From a virus: a DNA stretch of 64,000 nt. Every line of letters begins with the position of its first letter. Position 1 is the first letter of the stretch. Location: IMG/VR virus record IMGVR_UViG_3300019776_000461, positions 1 to 64,000 of that record, one strand, 5' to 3'. The position numbers were made by a program, and so were the translations under genes. Below the pieces are notes generated by a model. It was not told the DNA's origin. It searched no databases and worked only from the letters and a program-made list of their open reading frames with translations. Below, piece by piece: positions 40,296 through 48,364 of the stretch.

Positions 40296-40898
40296 ATGAT
40301 TATTCACAAACGAGAGTTGAGAATGAAAACAAAAATAAGTCATGTAAACGGTAAGTATGACTTAGAAAGTGGCTCCGCCTTATGCGAAGTGTTTTGTTTT
40401 CCAAATGGGGAATCCCATCAAGAATTGTTTGAAAATGGTTGGTTACCAACCCGTGATGGAAAGTGGTATCAGTCTAGATCATCGAGAGTAAAAATCGAAC
40501 CTATTTCTGGCAACAGAAGGCGTAAGTTGAAAAAGATAAACATATCAACTAACGGTGATTATAAACAGATATTAGAAAGATGTAAACATTTATACCCTGC
40601 TGTAATCTTAGATGAGGTAGCGTATACTGTTTCATTTCCACACGAAATATATTATTTCAACGATTCTGTTTTTGCGATATTGCTTTGGTTTGATAATATA
40701 CCATTCGTATCTACCTTAATTGGTGGTCGATTGGATAAGAACGGTGTTACACCGATGGTTCATTACTTCTTCTTGGAGAAGTTACGTGAGCATTCTTATC
40801 CATATATGTACATTTCAGAGTGGTATGATGAATTCGCATATAAGGCAGAATTGCCTGGTTTTGAGTGGTGGGACGGTGAAAAATGGGTTATAAAATAA
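40296..40898 (+). CDS. Aminoacyl-tRNA-protein transferase-like (ATE1/Bpt C-terminal-like) protein
   Basis: LFENGW...WYQSRSSR and Y.YMY...Y...YK..L.GFEWW.G..W pattern; start may be 40323. Confidence 0.45.
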   Translation: MIIHKRELRMKTKISHVNGKYDLESGSALCEVFCFPNGESHQELFENGWLPTRDGKWYQSRSSRVKIEPISGNRRRKLKKINISTNGDYKQILERCKHLYPAVILDEVAYTVSFPHEIYYFNDSVFAILLWFDNIPFVSTLIGGRLDKNGVTPMVHYFFLEKLREHSYPYMYISEWYDEFAYKAELPGFEWWDGEKWVIK

Positions 40899-41006
40899 TT
40901 TTGTTAAAACCCAATTTTTTTAATCAAAACCATATACTTATTTGTGTATGGTTTTGTTTTTTACAATAAAAATGACGTTTTCAATAAAAAAATGATGGAG
41001 ATAAAA

Positions 41007-42860
41007 ATGGATATTAGTAATCGAATTCTTTCTGAAATAACTGTGTATATGAAATACGCTCGTTATTTACCAGAATTGAATAGAAGAGAAACTTGGAATG
41101 AGTTAGTAACAAGAAACAAAGAAATGCACCAACGTAAGTACCCACAGTTAGTAGACGAAATTGAAAACGTCTATAAGTTCGTTTACGATAAAAAGGTACT
41201 TCCATCAATGCGTTCACTTCAGTTTGGTGGTAAACCAATTGAAATTTCACCTAATCGTATTTACAATTGTGCTTATTTGCCTATTGATGATTGGCGTGCA
41301 TTCGGTGAAGTAATGTTTCTTTTACTCGGTGGAACTGGCGTAGGTTACTCAGTTCAAAAGCACCACGTAGAACAACTTCCACCTATCCATAAACCAAAAT
41401 CCAAAGAACGTCGTTATCTTATTGGAGATTCAATTGAAGGTTGGGCAGATGCAGTTAAAGCACTTGTTAAGTCTTATTTCACAGGTGGTTCATCGATTCA
41501 CTTTGATTATTCAGATATTCGTCAGAAAGGTTCTCGTTTAATTACAAGTGGTGGTAAAGCTCCTGGTCCAGAACCGCTTCGTATTTGTATTGAGAAAATT
41601 CGTGCTATTCTTGACTTGAAAGGCGATGGTGAACAACTTTCACCGATTGAAGTACATGATATTGTTTGTCATGTTGCAGACGCAGTTCTTGCAGGTGGTA
41701 TTCGTCGTGCTGCTCTCATTTCTCTTTTCTCTGCTGATGATGACGATATGATTTCATGTAAGTTTGGAAATTGGTGGGAATTGAATCCGCAACGTGGTAG
41801 AGCAAATAATTCAGCAGTTCTTCTTCGTAGTAAAGTATCTGAAGAATTTTTCAAATCACTTTGGAAGAAAATAGAATTATCTAATGCAGGTGAACCTGGT
41901 ATTTATCTTTCAAACGATAAAGATTGGGGAACAAACCCATGTTGTGAAATTGCACTTCGTCCATTTCAATTTTGTAACTTATGTGAAGTAAATGTATCAG
42001 ATGTTGTTGACCAAGAAGATTTAGAAGCAAGAGTTCGTGCTGCTACATTCATTGGTACACTTCAAGCTGGTTATACAGACTTCCATTATCTTCGCCCTAT
42101 TTGGCAAAGAACTACCGAGAAAGACGCATTACTTGGAGTTGGTATGACAGGTATTGGTTCTGGTAAAGTAATGAAAATGGATTTAAAAGCAGCAACTAAA
42201 GTATCAAGAGAAGAAAATGAAAGAGTTGCTTCCATACTTGGTATTAACAAATCTGCTCGTACAACTACAATTAAACCAGCAGGTACATCATCTTTAACTC
42301 TTGGGTGTTCATCTGGTATTCATGCATGGCACAATGATTTTTATTTACGTAGAGTTCGTGTTGGAAAGAATGAATCAATTTATTCTTATCTTGCAATCAA
42401 TCACCCAGAGTTGGTTGAAGATGAATACTTCCGTCCACACGATACTGCGGTAATTGGTGTTCCACAAAAAGCCCCCGAACACTCAATACTTCGTAGTGAA
42501 TCACCATTACAATTATTAGAAAGAGTAAAATGGTTTAACCAAAATTGGATTAAGCCAGGTCATCGCACTGGTATGAACACTCATAATATTTCTGCAACAG
42601 TTTCTATTCGTGAACATGAATGGGATGCGGTAGGTAATTGGATGTGGGAAAACAAAGAACACTTCAACGGTTTATCAGTATTACCATATGATGGTGGAAC
42701 ATATATTCAAGCTCCTTTTGAAGATATTACAAAAGAAGAGTACGAAAGATTATTAGAAACTTTACATGATGTTGATTTATCAAAGATTGTAGAAATGGAT
42801 GATAATACTGATTTGTCTGGCGAACTTGCTTGTGCAGGTGGTGCGTGTGAAATTAAATAG
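41007..42860 (+). CDS. nrdJ: Class II (adenosylcobalamin-dependent) ribonucleotide reductase
   Basis: YNCAY, GGIRRAA, GEPG, TNPCCEI, TTIKPAGT, C-terminal CAGGAC; no NrdB gene adjacent; ATG 41007 has a GGAG RBS. Confidence 0.85.
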   Translation: MDISNRILSEITVYMKYARYLPELNRRETWNELVTRNKEMHQRKYPQLVDEIENVYKFVYDKKVLPSMRSLQFGGKPIEISPNRIYNCAYLPIDDWRAFGEVMFLLLGGTGVGYSVQKHHVEQLPPIHKPKSKERRYLIGDSIEGWADAVKALVKSYFTGGSSIHFDYSDIRQKGSRLITSGGKAPGPEPLRICIEKIRAILDLKGDGEQLSPIEVHDIVCHVADAVLAGGIRRAALISLFSADDDDMISCKFGNWWELNPQRGRANNSAVLLRSKVSEEFFKSLWKKIELSNAGEPGIYLSNDKDWGTNPCCEIALRPFQFCNLCEVNVSDVVDQEDLEARVRAATFIGTLQAGYTDFHYLRPIWQRTTEKDALLGVGMTGIGSGKVMKMDLKAATKVSREENERVASILGINKSARTTTIKPAGTSSLTLGCSSGIHAWHNDFYLRRVRVGKNESIYSYLAINHPELVEDEYFRPHDTAVIGVPQKAPEHSILRSESPLQLLERVKWFNQNWIKPGHRTGMNTHNISATVSIREHEWDAVGNWMWENKEHFNGLSVLPYDGGTYIQAPFEDITKEEYERLLETLHDVDLSKIVEMDDNTDLSGELACAGGACEIK

Positions 42861-42866
42861 TTAAAG

Positions 42867-43214
42867 GTGTTATAGTTCTTTGGAATAATGAAGGAGTATA
42901 GTTATGGATATTACATCATTTTTTATGGGTATATGTGCAGTTACAGTTTTAACAGCAGTTGCAGTTGTAGTTGTGGGTATGTTCAGAATAAACAAAACAA
43001 ACAAAGAACTAAATGATTTAGTTAGAAACCAAGATACGATGGATAGAATTATTGTTGATAATGAAAGAGAAATCAGAAGAACAATAGATTCCAGAATTGA
43101 CAGTTTCGGTTCAAAGATTGAAAAAGAAATAAAATTCTTACATGAAAGAATTGATGGATTGAATAAAGTAAAATAAATAATAATTTTTAAAATGAATCCA
43201 TAGAACTATAACAC
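42867..43214. repeat. 18-bp inverted repeat (17/18 match) bracketing one gene
   Basis: GTGTTATAGTTCTTTGGA (42867-84) versus TCCATAGAACTATAACAC (43197-214). Confidence 0.85.
42904..43176 (+). CDS. Small membrane-anchored coiled-coil protein
   Basis: N-terminal TM helix; AAGGAG RBS. Confidence 0.7.
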   Translation: MDITSFFMGICAVTVLTAVAVVVVGMFRINKTNKELNDLVRNQDTMDRIIVDNEREIRRTIDSRIDSFGSKIEKEIKFLHERIDGLNKVK

Positions 43215-43243
43215 ACATTTTTTTATAAGTTAGGAGACTTGTT

Positions 43244-43429
43244 ATGACTAAACAAGAATTGTTTGAACAGATTTCAAATTTGTTCAATGAGTTTGTGGTA
43301 GCCCACAACTCAACAAAAAAGAAAGACGCTGCGATTGCTCGTAAAGCAGCAGGTGGGATTAAGAAATTAATTACACCTTATAATCAAGCTTCTGTGGCGG
43401 AAGCCAAAGAAGCAAAATCATCTAATTAA
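43244..43429 (+). CDS. Histone H1-like (Hc1-family) small DNA-binding protein
   Basis: K.AA..ARKA...I.KL...Y..AS pattern as in Bacteroidota histone H1-like proteins. Confidence 0.6.
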   Translation: MTKQELFEQISNLFNEFVVAHNSTKKKDAAIARKAAGGIKKLITPYNQASVAEAKEAKSSN

Positions 43430-43461
43430 TTTTTTCAATGTTATTTTAGGAGGTTGTTATT

Positions 43462-43878
43462 ATGTTAACCAATTCAATTCTTAAACGAGAGAATGATTTG
43501 TTTAATGAACTCGTGAACAGTTTATCTCGTCCAGTTAGTTTACTACACACAGGAAAAGGATTAAAATCATCCGTTGATTTTAATAATTGGACACACGCTA
43601 TTGCCAATGAAAACTCATTGGATATTTATGCAGAAGTTCCTGGCTTCTCAAAGGAAGACATTAGTATTACTGTAAAAGAAAAGCTGCTTCGCATCGAAGG
43701 TAAAAGAAAAGGAGTAAATCAATTTGTTACAGAGAAAACTCTAAAATTGAATTATGAACTTTCTAAACCATACGATGTAAAAGGTATTACCGCATCAGTT
43801 GAAAACGGTATTCTTCATGTTTCTGTTCCAAATATAAAACCGGCAGAGCCCGAAGAAGTAACTATTAAAATTAAATAA
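43462..43878 (+). CDS. Small heat-shock protein (Hsp20)
   Basis: EVPGFSKEDISI, ITASVENGILHVSVP, I.IK tail. Confidence 0.9.
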   Translation: MLTNSILKRENDLFNELVNSLSRPVSLLHTGKGLKSSVDFNNWTHAIANENSLDIYAEVPGFSKEDISITVKEKLLRIEGKRKGVNQFVTEKTLKLNYELSKPYDVKGITASVENGILHVSVPNIKPAEPEEVTIKIK

Positions 43879-43895
43879 GGTTAGATGAAACAAAT

Positions 43896-43922
43896 GGGGT
43901 GGTGGAAACATCACCCTTTTTT
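43896..43922 (+). terminator. Rho-independent terminator
   Basis: GGGGTGGTG-gaaa-CATCACCCT followed by a T-run. Confidence 0.8.
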
Positions 43923-43931
43923 ATTTATTCC

Positions 43932-43939
43932 ATATTTAT
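43932..43939 (+). promoter_or_regulatory. Putative late promoter (ATATTTAT)
   Basis: Follows the terminator. Confidence 0.65.
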
Positions 43940-43989
43940 ATTTACAATAGTATTTTTCACATCAAGGCAAATATAAATGGGATGGCGTA

Positions 43990-44196
43990 ATGTCAGGAAA
44001 AAAACAAAGAGAATACAGAAGTGTATTGGCAAAAATATGTTTAGTACTTGGGACATTCTTCAATCCTCTTGGATTCGATGCGGCATTTGCTTTAGTGATG
44101 AAATTTACAGAGAGCTACATACTTACCGATATTATATTTTACTCGGTAGCTCTATTATTTTTTGGACTTTATTTTATCTTATCTCGTAGGAGTTAA
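43990..44196 (+). CDS. Small membrane protein
   Basis: Two hydrophobic segments; FFNPLGFD. Confidence 0.6.
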   Translation: MSGKKQREYRSVLAKICLVLGTFFNPLGFDAAFALVMKFTESYILTDIIFYSVALLFFGLYFILSRRS

Positions 44197-44198
44197 AA

Positions 44199-44552
44199 AT
44201 GAACATATCATCAAGAAAACAACTGTTAGCAGAAGCAGGTGATGTATTAAAACAGATTCGTGAAGAAGTTGAAGGCATCGATAAAAAAGTAGAAACTGCT
44301 GTTAAAAAAATGACTAAGTGCTGTGAAGAAGACAAAGATTTAGTATCTGGCTTAGTTGAACTTGCAAAATTAGTTGGTGATAAAAAATACCAAAAAGTAT
44401 TAGAAGCTATAAAAGATATTGAAAAAGCAGAAGAAGGTAGACACTATTTCATAGATCAATACATAGCAGAGATTCAAAAGATCTTATTATCTACTGCAAA
44501 AGAACAATTTAGCTCACAAGAGTTCGGTGTAATATATTCTGCAATCGGTTAA
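44199..44552 (+). CDS. Hypothetical helical protein with LLAE/IREE leader
   Basis: AGGAG RBS; ORF. Confidence 0.55.
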   Translation: MNISSRKQLLAEAGDVLKQIREEVEGIDKKVETAVKKMTKCCEEDKDLVSGLVELAKLVGDKKYQKVLEAIKDIEKAEEGRHYFIDQYIAEIQKILLSTAKEQFSSQEFGVIYSAIG

Positions 44553-44588
44553 GTACAAATCGTTACATTATAAAACAATAGGATAACA

Positions 44589-47285
44589 ATGGCAAGACGT
44601 AAGGTTATATATGCAAATGGAGTTCAAGTTGAAGAAGAATTCTTACCCCAAGGTCCAAATGGTGCTGTGCTTTGGAATGGGAAAGAATATGGTACTGCAG
44701 AAAAAACAGGTATGCAAGCACTCAATGAAAAGGGTGAGTTAGTTGATGTATATAACATAACTGATATACCATCGTGTGATACAACTCTTTGGAAACAAGT
44801 AAGTAAGACATATAGACAGGATGTACTTAAAGATAGACCAGTTGGTTTCTTTAAGTATAGACTAAAACTCATATATGATAAAGCTAATCAGAGACTAAAA
44901 GAAACTCCAAACTATCCATTGAATATTGACTTCACACAACCTACCGCTCAAATAAAACAAGTTATACTTATAGATAATCTACGTGAAACCGCTTTAATTG
45001 AGGGGTTTCACTATACAGTTTCAGGAAGGGGATATGTTTGGTTTAATGGTACTTGGCCTTATCCAGAAATAAAAATGATGGTTGACTGGATAGATACAAC
45101 TACTAAAGAAGCGAAAACATCAGAGTACATAACAAACCCAGTTTTAGATAATGGATATGGTGGTGCAGCAGAGAAACGAAGTAACACATTCACAATAACT
45201 CAAAGCGGTCAGTCAGCCTTATTTTCTGAGAACTTAAATTTTGTTGCAAGTTTATATGGAACTCCTGGAATAAATTCAATTATTTCAAGTAACCCACTCG
45301 GTATGTGGAAAGAACCACTTATATATACTATCAATGAAGGCGAGTGTTTTGTTGAAGTTGACATAGACGGTACATTAAAGTATTTTGATTCAGACATGAT
45401 TGAAACAACCGCACAAGAAATATTAGATAATAGTAGGTATGGTAATTCGCTTGCAACTGGTTTGAATCTTAATCATAAGAGTGTAACGGAGTTTAAAACT
45501 GGAGAATATATATCTGGTAAGCCTGCGATTGGTTTATTTCAAGTTGTTATTCCCGATGAACCAAGACTAAATTTTAATATTAAAAACAGTAATTTAACCG
45601 CATTATCTGGTATAGAATATGTAACTGTAAAACCAAAAGGTTCTGCTTTCAGAACATATTTATCCATACCAGTTAACACACCAGATACCGCTCTTGATGT
45701 TGGTACAACATTTTATGTTGATAACAGAAGAATAGAACCAGTTCCATATAGAAGATGTTTTGAAGGACTTAGAACTGAGTATGTTATACGAGAAGAATTT
45801 GAAGTGTTGTGGGAAAGAGAACAACCATGTATTTCTGATATAGCAAATCCACCTGTTATGCAATATTCTTCTAGTATAGAAACGGAAGAAATTTTAATAG
45901 TTGATTGGGAAGGACAACGTGCAAATAGAGAATTACCAGATTGTGAATGTTTACAAGTAAGAGTATTAAAAGAACCAGTTGAGGAACAAAATGATCAATG
46001 TGGTTGTAGGCAAATAACACGTGCAGACATATACACGATTTGTCCAGATACTATGAATGAAACTTTATACGCTCAATATGAATCTCGCATTAGAGTTGAT
46101 GGTGGAACTACATTTTTAATTCCACCGCCTAATATGAGTCCAACACTAACGAGAATAGAAAAAGTAGAAAAATGTAAAGATAAACCAATGGACGAGCGAA
46201 CTGAATTCGCATATCATAAAATTGATGCTAAAGATATTTTAATCGGTAATATGGAAAATGTTGTAACTGGTTTATTTAATATTTCTGGATCATTAGATTG
46301 TTATGTAACTAATTCAATACAAACTGGATCAACGGATTATTACTATAATATAACAGGGTGTGATACTTGTGGAAGTGGTTCTTACTTTGCAGTTTCTTAT
46401 GGTCACTATCAAGGTTCTGGATCAACATACGATTCTCAATACCAATATGAGTCACCATCAAAAGTAGTATACAGTCAGAATAAATTGATAGCCTTAGAGG
46501 ATACTGAAACTAAATTCACTTTTTATAATACTGGTAGTGTTGAAACACCAAAAGATGTTTACTTCATAAGATTTTATCGTGAATCGTTTGATGATAGTTT
46601 AGACCCAGGTAACTTTGAATTTTCATTACGAGAGTTAAATGGGAAGTTATACGCTAATAATGTTTATACTGGTAGTAATGTTGCAGTAAGTTCTTCTAAT
46701 AAAATTATAACTCTTATAGATAACTCCGCTTATATTAATGAAAACATTTGTAAAGAAGACCCATATGCTTCTTATGATTTGGTGAGTGGTAGTTTAAGTA
46801 ACGGTGCTTATATAACTGGCACTGGCAGTTTAGAAACAAACGCACAATATACGGTATATGGTAAAGTATATCCATCGCTTGGCTTAATAGCTTTGAACGG
46901 AAATAGATTGAATCAGGAATTATCATTTAATAGTGTGAGTGGTAGTAATGTTGTTGGAGACAATTCATACAAATTATTTACTGCAATAAGTGGTGCTGCT
47001 TCTCTTGGTTATTCAATGAAGGCACGAAAAGTAAGAGATTATGGTGTATCCCATTATTTAATTAGAGTTCCACATTCTGAAGCAACTTTTACTAATAACC
47101 CAAGTTCACTAACAACAAATGGACGATTAAAATTTGAATGTATGGCACAAAATCCAACAACATACATTTCATCAATTGGTTTATATAATGACAATAAAGA
47201 ATTATTAGCTATTGCTAAATTCAATAGACCAGTTAGAAAAGAATACGATGATGATTTGTTTATAAAAATAAAAATGGCTAAATAA
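44589..47285 (+). CDS. Virion structural protein (baseplate / tail-fibre attachment-like C-terminus)
   Basis: C-terminal TYISSIGLYNDNKELLAIAK..RP..K resembles tail-collar/fibre attachment modules; SGS/TGS-rich; Cys-rich middle. Confidence 0.55.
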   Translation: MARRKVIYANGVQVEEEFLPQGPNGAVLWNGKEYGTAEKTGMQALNEKGELVDVYNITDIPSCDTTLWKQVSKTYRQDVLKDRPVGFFKYRLKLIYDKANQRLKETPNYPLNIDFTQPTAQIKQVILIDNLRETALIEGFHYTVSGRGYVWFNGTWPYPEIKMMVDWIDTTTKEAKTSEYITNPVLDNGYGGAAEKRSNTFTITQSGQSALFSENLNFVASLYGTPGINSIISSNPLGMWKEPLIYTINEGECFVEVDIDGTLKYFDSDMIETTAQEILDNSRYGNSLATGLNLNHKSVTEFKTGEYISGKPAIGLFQVVIPDEPRLNFNIKNSNLTALSGIEYVTVKPKGSAFRTYLSIPVNTPDTALDVGTTFYVDNRRIEPVPYRRCFEGLRTEYVIREEFEVLWEREQPCISDIANPPVMQYSSSIETEEILIVDWEGQRANRELPDCECLQVRVLKEPVEEQNDQCGCRQITRADIYTICPDTMNETLYAQYESRIRVDGGTTFLIPPPNMSPTLTRIEKVEKCKDKPMDERTEFAYHKIDAKDILIGNMENVVTGLFNISGSLDCYVTNSIQTGSTDYYYNITGCDTCGSGSYFAVSYGHYQGSGSTYDSQYQYESPSKVVYSQNKLIALEDTETKFTFYNTGSVETPKDVYFIRFYRESFDDSLDPGNFEFSLRELNGKLYANNVYTGSNVAVSSSNKIITLIDNSAYINENICKEDPYASYDLVSGSLSNGAYITGTGSLETNAQYTVYGKVYPSLGLIALNGNRLNQELSFNSVSGSNVVGDNSYKLFTAISGAASLGYSMKARKVRDYGVSHYLIRVPHSEATFTNNPSSLTTNGRLKFECMAQNPTTYISSIGLYNDNKELLAIAKFNRPVRKEYDDDLFIKIKMAK

Positions 47286-47316
47286 AAATAGACGGTAATA
47301 TCTAAAATATTTTTCG

Positions 47317-47324
47317 TATATTTG
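47317..47324 (+). promoter_or_regulatory. Bacteroidota-type -7 promoter element (TATATTTG)
   Basis: Upstream of the thioredoxin / modification operon. Confidence 0.6.
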
Positions 47325-47345
47325 TATAAATAATTGATTTTCAAC

Positions 47346-47364
47346 CCGTGACAATTTGTCACGG
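47346..47364. promoter_or_regulatory. Perfect palindrome, candidate operator
   Basis: CCGTGACAA-T-TTGTCACGG between the promoter and the first start codon. Confidence 0.55.
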
Positions 47365-47397
47365 TTTCACTACCATCTATTTTCTTAAAGGACGGAC

Positions 47398-47655
47398 ATG
47401 ATTACCGTTAAACATTACACAGCTTCTTGGTGTATGCCATGTAAACAACTTAAACCCATTATGAGTGAAATATTACTTAAACGGCCAAACATAAATTACA
47501 AACTTATTGATGTGGATAATGATCCAGATGAAGCATCGATGTATGGTGTTCGTGGAGTTCCTACTGTGATATTTATGAAAGATGGTGTTGAAGTAAATAG
47601 AATTACTGGTTTGGTTTCAAGAAAAAATTACGAAATGGCAATTGATAATTTATAA
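47398..47655 (+). CDS. Thioredoxin
   Basis: ASWCMPCK, YGVRGVPT. Confidence 0.92.
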   Translation: MITVKHYTASWCMPCKQLKPIMSEILLKRPNINYKLIDVDNDPDEASMYGVRGVPTVIFMKDGVEVNRITGLVSRKNYEMAIDNL

Positions 47656-47664
47656 TGGTGAAGT

Positions 47665-48363
47665 ATGACAGTTATAGAAGCGGTTTCTCCCGGTGACGCT
47701 TGGGTAAAAGTTTCTAAGCATTTGTTAGAGAAAGGGGAAAAAGTCGGTGAACTAATTGAAGAATTAAATGTAATGATGGAAATTACTCAGTTTGAAAGTG
47801 ATGATTGGTTTGATTCACACTTCAGAGAAGTAATGGGTGATGATAGAATTGATTTTGCTTCTTCTGTTACTTTCGTAGAACCTAAACCAAAAAAACCAAT
47901 TAACGATTTCTTTCAAGTAGAAGAAGGATTGGAATACCAATTCATTAAAGATCATTGGCATCAGTCCTATTGGGGAAGAATGATTAGTTGGCAAGGTACA
48001 TTTAATCAAGTAGAAAACGTTATTAAAATTTTGAAACAAGGTAAAGCAGTTAAACGTTGTGAGTTAATTATATTTGACCCATCACGTGATTCACGCAATC
48101 CATATTCTCAACCTTGTATGTTGATGATTGACTTGAAGCCACGTAATGGTAAGTTGTATTTAACTTCTGTTCTACGTTCTAATCGTGTTTCTAAAAGTGG
48201 TTATGCTGATTATTCTGCTTTAGTTAATATGGGTAAGTTCTTAGCTAAAGAAAGTGATTTAGAGTTGGGAAAGGTTAGTGTATTAGCTTGTTCCTGCCAC
48301 ATCGGTAAGATGAACAATGAACTTAAAAAAACAAAAGAATTGTTAAACATACTCAATAAATAA
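47665..48363 (+). CDS. Thymidylate synthase / dCMP hydroxymethylase-fold protein (divergent)
   Basis: SYWGR, NQV..VI..LK, catalytic PC, LRSN, Asp at the specificity position, conserved His near the C-terminus. Confidence 0.8.
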   Translation: MTVIEAVSPGDAWVKVSKHLLEKGEKVGELIEELNVMMEITQFESDDWFDSHFREVMGDDRIDFASSVTFVEPKPKKPINDFFQVEEGLEYQFIKDHWHQSYWGRMISWQGTFNQVENVIKILKQGKAVKRCELIIFDPSRDSRNPYSQPCMLMIDLKPRNGKLYLTSVLRSNRVSKSGYADYSALVNMGKFLAKESDLELGKVSVLACSCHIGKMNNELKKTKELLNILNK

Positions 48364-48364
48364 T

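Noticed and set aside
43977-44189. Alternative-frame 70-aa ORF
   Set aside because: It overlaps 43990..44196, which has a coherent membrane-protein pattern and abuts the next gene.
47665-48363. Calling this gene a normal thyA
   Set aside because: It has Asp rather than Asn at the specificity position and has lost the folate-binding Asp and the HxY Tyr.
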